A program made the translations under genes and the position numbers. From Syntrophorhabdaceae bacterium (GTDB lineage Bacteria > Desulfobacterota > Syntrophorhabdia > Syntrophorhabdales > Syntrophorhabdaceae): 64,000 bases of DNA. Below are positions 58,866-64,000 of the stretch, piece by piece. Numbering within the stretch: position 1 is the first letter of the stretch; every line of letters starts with the position of its first letter. The stretch covers positions 32,001 to 96,000 of the forward strand of contig CAXXUO010000008.1 in NCBI GenBank assembly GCA_963666485.2, read 5' to 3'. The notes beneath the pieces are model-generated. The model did no database searches. It was not told the origin of the DNA and saw nothing but the letters and a program-made list of their open reading frames with translations.

Positions 58866-60254
58866 ATGAGCAACATCATTCGCGAATACAGGACAGTAAA
58901 AGAAATAGCGGGACCTTTGATGCTGGTGGACGACGTCGAAGGCGTGACGTACGGCGAACTTGCCGATATCAAGATGCAGGACGGAAGCGTACGCAGGGGA
59001 CGCGTCCTCGAGGTCAGCGGCAAAAAGGCGATGGTCCAGGTTTTCGAAGGTACGCGCGGCCTTTCCCCGGAAGATATAAAGGTGAAATTCCTGGCCAAGG
59101 GAATGGAACTCGGGGTTTCCATCGACATGCTCGGGCGTGTTTTCGACGGATCCGGCAAACCGATAGACGACGGGCCCGCGATCATCCCGGAGAAATACCT
59201 CAACGTGAACGGCAACCAGATCAATCCCTTTGCGCGCGATTATCCCAACGAGTTCATCCAGACCGGCATCTCGACGATCGACCTTTTGAATACCCTTGTC
59301 AGGGGACAGAAACTCCCGCTTTTCTCTGCATCCGGGCTGCCCCATTCCCGCATAGCCGCCCAGATCGCTCGGCAGGCCACCGTTCTCAAGACGGGAGAGA
59401 AATTTGCCGTCGTCTTTGCCGCGATGGGGATCACCTTTGAAGAGGCGGAATTCTTCATAAACGATTTCCGCAAGACAGGTGCTATCGAGCGCTCTGTGCT
59501 CTTCATCAACCTGGCCGACGATCCCCCGATCGAGAGGCTCACCCTCCCCCGCATGGCGCTTACCACCGCGGAATTCCTCGCGTTCGAGAAGGACATGCAC
59601 GTCCTCGTCATACTGACGGACATCACGAACTACTGCGAGGCGCTGCGCGAAGTCTCGGCGGCGCGCAAGGAAGTGCCCGGCAGGAGAGGTTACCCGGGTT
59701 ATCTCTATACGGACCTTTCGACGATCTACGAAAGGGCCGGCCGCATCAAGGGAAAGAGGGGCTCGATCACGCAGATACCCGTCCTCACCATGCCCGAGGA
59801 TGACAAGACCCACCCTATCCCCGACCTGACGGGCTATATCACGGAAGGCCAGATCATCATCCTGCGCCCGCTTCACACGCAGGGCATATACCCGCCCGTT
59901 GATGTACTCCCTTCACTTTCGCGCCTGAAGGACAAAGGCATCGGCGCAGGTAAGACGCGGGAAGACCATGCCGACGTGATGAACCAGCTCTACAGCGCAT
60001 ATGCCCATGGGAAAAATGCCCGGGAGCTCGCCGTCGTGCTCGGTGAATCGGCATTGACCGACGAGGACATCCTTTTCGTAAAATTTTCCGACGCGTTTGA
60101 AGACAAATTCATTCGCCAGGGCGAATACGAGAACAGGACCATCGAGGAAAGCCTCCATATCGGCTGGCAGCTCCTCTCTATGCTTCCGACCAAGCTCCTC
60201 AAGCGTATTCGCGATGAGTTCATAGAAAAGTACTACCCGAAAGGCGCGAACTGA
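58866..60254 (+). CDS. ntpB: V/A-type ATPase subunit B
   Basis: [45 protein letters not shown]. Confidence 0.97.
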   Translation: MSNIIREYRTVKEIAGPLMLVDDVEGVTYGELADIKMQDGSVRRGRVLEVSGKKAMVQVFEGTRGLSPEDIKVKFLAKGMELGVSIDMLGRVFDGSGKPIDDGPAIIPEKYLNVNGNQINPFARDYPNEFIQTGISTIDLLNTLVRGQKLPLFSASGLPHSRIAAQIARQATVLKTGEKFAVVFAAMGITFEEAEFFINDFRKTGAIERSVLFINLADDPPIERLTLPRMALTTAEFLAFEKDMHVLVILTDITNYCEALREVSAARKEVPGRRGYPGYLYTDLSTIYERAGRIKGKRGSITQIPVLTMPEDDKTHPIPDLTGYITEGQIIILRPLHTQGIYPPVDVLPSLSRLKDKGIGAGKTREDHADVMNQLYSAYAHGKNARELAVVLGESALTDEDILFVKFSDAFEDKFIRQGEYENRTIEESLHIGWQLLSMLPTKLLKRIRDEFIEKYYPKGAN

Positions 60255-60265
60255 AGGAATAACCT

Positions 60266-60901
60266 TTGAGACTTGCCGTAAACCCGACACGAATGGAGCT
60301 GTTAAAACTGAGGCGGCGCCTCGTGGTCGCGCGCCGGGGCCACAAACTCCTCAAGGACAAGCTCGAGGGCCTCATCAAGGAATTCATGAACGTGGCCCAT
60401 GAATACCGCAAACTGCGCCAGATGATAGACGACGAGCTTCCCTATGTGATGAAACTCTTCGTGCTCGCGGAGATCACATCCTCCCGGAAGATAACGGAGA
60501 ACGCCCTCGAGTCGGTACGGCAGGAACTGGACATCATCGTCGAGCCGGTCAGGATGATGGGGGTCAGGATCAAGAAGCTCGACATCCGGTACGGCGAGGT
60601 GACCGGCCGGTACTCTCTCGTTCATACATCACCGGAACTCGATATCGCTATCTCCCGCCTCCGGGATTTTCTCCCGAAGCTCCTTGCCATGTCCGAGACC
60701 GAGGACAAGGTCCGCAGGATGGCGAGCGAGGTCGAAAAGACCAGGCGGCGCGTCAATGCGCTTGAGCACTCCTTCATACCCCGGATCGAGGAGACGATAC
60801 GTTTCATCACGTCGAAACTTGAGGAAACGGAACGCTCGACAACGAGCGCGCTGATGAAGATCAAGGCACAGAGGTTGGCGAGGGAAGCGGCTGAAGGCTA
60901 A
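60266..60901 (+). CDS. ntpD: V/A-type ATPase subunit D
   Basis: TTG start; NPTRMEL, RGHKLLKDK, KTRRRVNALE. Confidence 0.95.
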   Translation: MRLAVNPTRMELLKLRRRLVVARRGHKLLKDKLEGLIKEFMNVAHEYRKLRQMIDDELPYVMKLFVLAEITSSRKITENALESVRQELDIIVEPVRMMGVRIKKLDIRYGEVTGRYSLVHTSPELDIAISRLRDFLPKLLAMSETEDKVRRMASEVEKTRRRVNALEHSFIPRIEETIRFITSKLEETERSTTSALMKIKAQRLAREAAEG

Positions 60902-60975
60902 CGGCGTACGGCTAACGGCTAACGGCTAACGGCTAACGGCTAACGGCTGACGGCTGACGGCTGACGGCTAACGGC
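60896..60975. repeat. Heptamer array (GGCTRAC)~11 starting across the ntpD stop codon
   Basis: GGCTAACGGCGTACGGCTAAC...GGCTGACGGCTAACGGC. Confidence 0.9.
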
Positions 60976-61021
60976 GAAAAACTAAGAACAATTGGGAAAA
61001 ATGTAAAATCAGGCAAGAAAG

Positions 61022-61056
61022 AAAATCCCGGCAGGTTATCCCCGCCGGGATTTTTA
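61022..61056. terminator. Bidirectional intrinsic terminator between convergent operons
   Basis: AAAATCCCGGC-N-GCCGGGATTTTT. Confidence 0.78.
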
Positions 61057-61074
61057 GTTCATCTCGAAAAAATA

Positions 61075-61923
61075 CTATTTGAAGTCGAAGTGGCCGAAGC
61101 GCGGGAACATCTGGAACTGGACGTCGAACTCGACAGGCAGGTCTCCCACTATGTTCTTCACTGCTTCCTTAATGCCCGCTATATCGTCCCTTTCATGAAC
61201 GAAACCGTGTAGCCTGAGACCATATTTGGGCATCCCTTCTTCAACCGGCGTCACATCGAGATATGATACGGTGAAATTCGGGTCAGTGAGTACGGCCGCT
61301 TTCGCTTTTGAGGCAATGGCCCTGAGATTGAGGGTATTCAGAGCTTCCTCATTCTTGAGCGCATCCTTCGCTGCAAGGCCTTTTTTGATGTCGTCAACGA
61401 TGGTCTGACCACTCTCGGTTGAACTGTTAAACACCCTGTCAAATTCTTTCGGGTCATCCCAGTGTTTTCCATAAAGAATGTACATGGAACGGGACATATC
61501 CGCATCGATCTTCTGGATGATCCATCTAGCGGTGCTTTCATTGATAACCTGATCACCCTGGACCCGGTTTATCCTGTCCTCCATGCTGCTTTCGATCCGT
61601 ATCCTCAGAACGTGGGGGATCCCTTTCAGCAGAAATGTGCCTCCCGTTCCCGCGATGATGACCTTATCTCTTTGCGCATATTCATAAACGAGGCTCTGGA
61701 CGAGCGCAACAAACGCCTTGAATGACCAGTCATTTTTTTCCCAGACGTTGGGATACTGCTCATCGAAATTCTTCGCGTATTTTCCCCAGTTCGCTCCCCG
61801 CGCAGAAATATCCTTGAACATCGTGGAACGGTCGATATATTCATATCCCAGATCCTGCGCAACTTGCAATGCTATGGCTTTTGCGCCACCGCCAAATTGC
61901 CGCGATATAGTTAGGATTGCCAT
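61075..61923 (-). CDS. Cytidylate kinase-like family protein with C-terminal extension (possibly BON-like)
   Basis: MAILTISRQFGGG, LGYEYIDR, YGKHWDDPKEFD. Confidence 0.8.
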   Translation of the reverse strand: MAILTISRQFGGGAKAIALQVAQDLGYEYIDRSTMFKDISARGANWGKYAKNFDEQYPNVWEKNDWSFKAFVALVQSLVYEYAQRDKVIIAGTGGTFLLKGIPHVLRIRIESSMEDRINRVQGDQVINESTARWIIQKIDADMSRSMYILYGKHWDDPKEFDRVFNSSTESGQTIVDDIKKGLAAKDALKNEEALNTLNLRAIASKAKAAVLTDPNFTVSYLDVTPVEEGMPKYGLRLHGFVHERDDIAGIKEAVKNIVGDLPVEFDVQFQMFPRFGHFDFK

Positions 61924-61938
61924 GATTCCCCCTTTCCC

Positions 61939-63270
61939 TTACTTTGCAAAAGGAACGACCCAAACGAACATCGCGGGTATATAGCAGGCAATAAGCGACA
62001 CGACAACATACGGGACGGTGATACCCAGGAATTCCTTCAGGCCGACCTTTCTATCGTCTTCTTTCTCACCCAAATTCTTGGCTACGAAAAGCGCCGGTGC
62101 GCCCGCCACAGTAAGGTTGCTGCCGAGTGTCCCTGCCCACAGGAGCATCCAGTAGAGCGGCCAGGGGTTCATGCCCGTGTCTTTGCCAAGGTCCCTGATG
62201 ACATAGAGCAATGTCAGAATATAGGCATCGTGTTCGACGATACCAACGATAGGTGCGGTGATCCAGTAGAGGGCCGAAGCTCCCACTACCAGGCTTTCCC
62301 TGATGATGGGCGTGATAGCGCTCGTGACGATCTTGATAACGCCGGCGTGTTCGAGGCCGCCGACCAGTGCAAACAATGACACATAAAAACCGATCGCTCT
62401 CCAGTCAAGTTCCGCAAGGATATGCTCGACGTCAGGCGTCTCGACCGTGAAATGCTTACCGAACAATTCAAAAAAGAGAATAAGGGCGATTGCTCCCCAC
62501 ATTGCAATAAAACCGAGATGGTACCCGAAGATGGGCCTGAATGCCATCGCAAGGATTGTCAGGAGGAATATACCGCAAGAGACAAGCGCAAAGGGCTTAT
62601 CCTTAATATGGTCGGAGGGTTTTTCCTGGATAGACGCGACATCCATTCTCTTCCCCGTATATTTCTTTTTAAAGATAAGGTAAAACATCCAGCACGTTAC
62701 GACATACGATATCATAAGGATAAAAAATGATGAAGGCCTGCCGGAATGCCAGATGAACCCCCAGAACTCGATGCCGGAAACGCTGTGCAGCATCTGGGGC
62801 GGCAGGTCGCCGAGGAGCATCGCCGTTCCCATAAAATTTGAGCATAGACCGACAAATAGAACAGGTGCAAAGGCAGGAAATTGAAATTTTCTGCACGCAT
62901 GAAAAATAACCGGCGCGAACATGATGACGACGACAACATTGTCGATCAGCATGGAAACGAGGCCGGCTAAAAAGCCGATAGACGTAACAAAAAATGCAAT
63001 ATTTCCCTTGGATAATTTGAGCATCAATGCTGACAGAAAATCCGGGACACCGGATCGCCCGAAATATCCCGATATGATCCAGATGCTGAGCAGGATAAAA
63101 ATAACGTTCCAGTCGACGATCTTGAACGCATCAACATCGGAATATACCCCGAGAAATACCATGAGCAGGATGCCGCCCAGAGCGGCAATGACGCTATCGA
63201 TCCAACCGGTTATGACGAGAATGATGCTGGCGAGAAACACAACGGTAGCTGCGATTTGCATGAACTCCAT
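61939..63270 (-). CDS. Ion-transporter superfamily permease (ArsB/NhaD/SLC13-like)
   Basis: VDWNVI, SMLIDNV, GDLPP, LDWRAI, GTLGSNLTVAGA; start ATG 63270 with AAGGGGG RBS. Confidence 0.85.
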   Translation of the reverse strand: MEFMQIAATVVFLASIILVITGWIDSVIAALGGILLMVFLGVYSDVDAFKIVDWNVIFILLSIWIISGYFGRSGVPDFLSALMLKLSKGNIAFFVTSIGFLAGLVSMLIDNVVVVIMFAPVIFHACRKFQFPAFAPVLFVGLCSNFMGTAMLLGDLPPQMLHSVSGIEFWGFIWHSGRPSSFFILMISYVVTCWMFYLIFKKKYTGKRMDVASIQEKPSDHIKDKPFALVSCGIFLLTILAMAFRPIFGYHLGFIAMWGAIALILFFELFGKHFTVETPDVEHILAELDWRAIGFYVSLFALVGGLEHAGVIKIVTSAITPIIRESLVVGASALYWITAPIVGIVEHDAYILTLLYVIRDLGKDTGMNPWPLYWMLLWAGTLGSNLTVAGAPALFVAKNLGEKEDDRKVGLKEFLGITVPYVVVSLIACYIPAMFVWVVPFAK

Positions 63271-63301
63271 ACACCGAACCCCCTTTTGAAATATTACCCC
63301 G

Positions 63302-63326
63302 AAAAAAAAGGGCGACAACCGCCCTT
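63302..63326 (-). terminator. Intrinsic terminator inside the permease 5' region (attenuator candidate)
   Basis: Minus strand AAGGGCG-GTTGT-CGCCC followed by a T8 run. Confidence 0.65.
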
Positions 63327-63445
63327 AATTCACCCAATTTTTGTTGAAAGAATGCCCCTTATTTTCCCCTGCCCTGCCACTGCCCTAGTGTATACCAAGT
63401 TAAACATCATGTGCAAGCCTTAATCGTAAGGACAATACCATATTA

Positions 63446-63474
63446 AAAGGGCCGGACACAAATGCCCGGCCCCT
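63446..63474 (-). terminator. Terminator after the decarboxylase beta gene
   Basis: Minus strand GGGCCGGGCA-TTTG-TGTCCGGCCC-TTTT. Confidence 0.65.
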
Positions 63475-63544
63475 GTTATGTCATGTCTCACAGGTCAATG
63501 ACGATCTTCCCCATTGCCTATCGCCCATTGCCTATCACCTGTTA

Positions 63545-64000
63545 CTATATAACTCCCATTCCATTGAGCACTGACAGCATAACCGCCGCTGCCATAACGG
63601 AACCGACCTGCCCGCCTGCATTCGCGCCCATGGCGTGCATGAGGAGATAATTCCTCTTGTTGTATTTCATACCCTCTTTCTGAACAACCCTGGCTGACAT
63701 AGGGAATGCCGAGATGCCGGCCGCACCGATAAGCGGGTTCACCTTACCGCCCGTCACGATGTAAAGGACCTTGCCAAAAAGGATGCCGAAGACCGTGTCG
63801 AGGCATATCGCGAGCAGTCCGAGGATGAGGATGAGGAGTGTCTGAGGTTTGACAAATACCGGGCCGGCCATCGTGGCGCCGATCGATATGCCGAGAAGCA
63901 GGGTAACGATATTGGCGATCTCGTTTTCAGCCGCGCTGCAGAGCCTGCTGACAACGCCCGATTCTTTCATGAGGTTGCCGAGCATGATCGTTGCCAGAAG
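63545..64000 (-). CDS. Na+-translocating decarboxylase beta subunit (OadB/GcdB/MmdB family), 5' end outside the window
   Basis: GNLMKESGV, NPLIGAAGISAFPMSARV, LLMHAMGANAGGQVGS. Confidence 0.93.
   Translation of the reverse strand, partial: LLATIMLGNLMKESGVVSRLCSAAENEIANIVTLLLGISIGATMAGPVFVKPQTLLILILGLLAICLDTVFGILFGKVLYIVTGGKVNPLIGAAGISAFPMSARVVQKEGMKYNKRNYLLMHAMGANAGGQVGSVMAAAVMLSVLNGMGVI

Noticed and set aside
60896..60975. Tandem arrays as a possible CRISPR
   Set aside because: Units are 7 nt with no unique spacers, and no cas genes are present.

Overview
Core-genome window of an anaerobic bacterium; gene content and order suggest a Desulfobacterota/deltaproteobacterial syntroph-like organism (inference only). 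In order: a flagellar basal-body operon (fliI partial, fliHGFE, flgCB) headed by a FleS/FleR-like pair under a perfect sigma54 promoter; a second sigma54 activator; a 59-aa ferredoxin missing from the ORF track plus pyrR-pyrB-pyrC; motAB plus a degenerate REC-HD-GYP gene under a sigma28-like promoter; ribF and tRNA-Leu(CAG); a long minus-strand run from rimP-nusA-infB through pnp, dut, xerD, a CBS-domain tRNA nucleotidyltransferase, scpA and sppA; a UDP-glucuronate decarboxylase; a liv ABC transporter; a PLP-fold pseudoenzyme with a 5'-nucleotidase and a small beta-grasp-like protein; transaldolase, MFS and TPR genes; a sigma28-like promoter driving a frameshifted HTH_17 gene and a polyproline ExeA-like ATPase; kup; a complete Na+-type V/A-ATPase operon; a cytidylate-kinase-like gene with an ion-transporter permease; and a partial Na+-pumping decarboxylase beta subunit. 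About ten intergenic gaps carry 7-8-nt tandem repeats, mostly as inverted pairs, four of them with REP-like palindromes. No CRISPR array, transposase or prophage was seen. Best novelty candidates: the sigma28-HTH-ExeA/polyproline module, the repeat/REP cassettes, the PLP pseudoenzyme operon and the attenuator-like permease leader.
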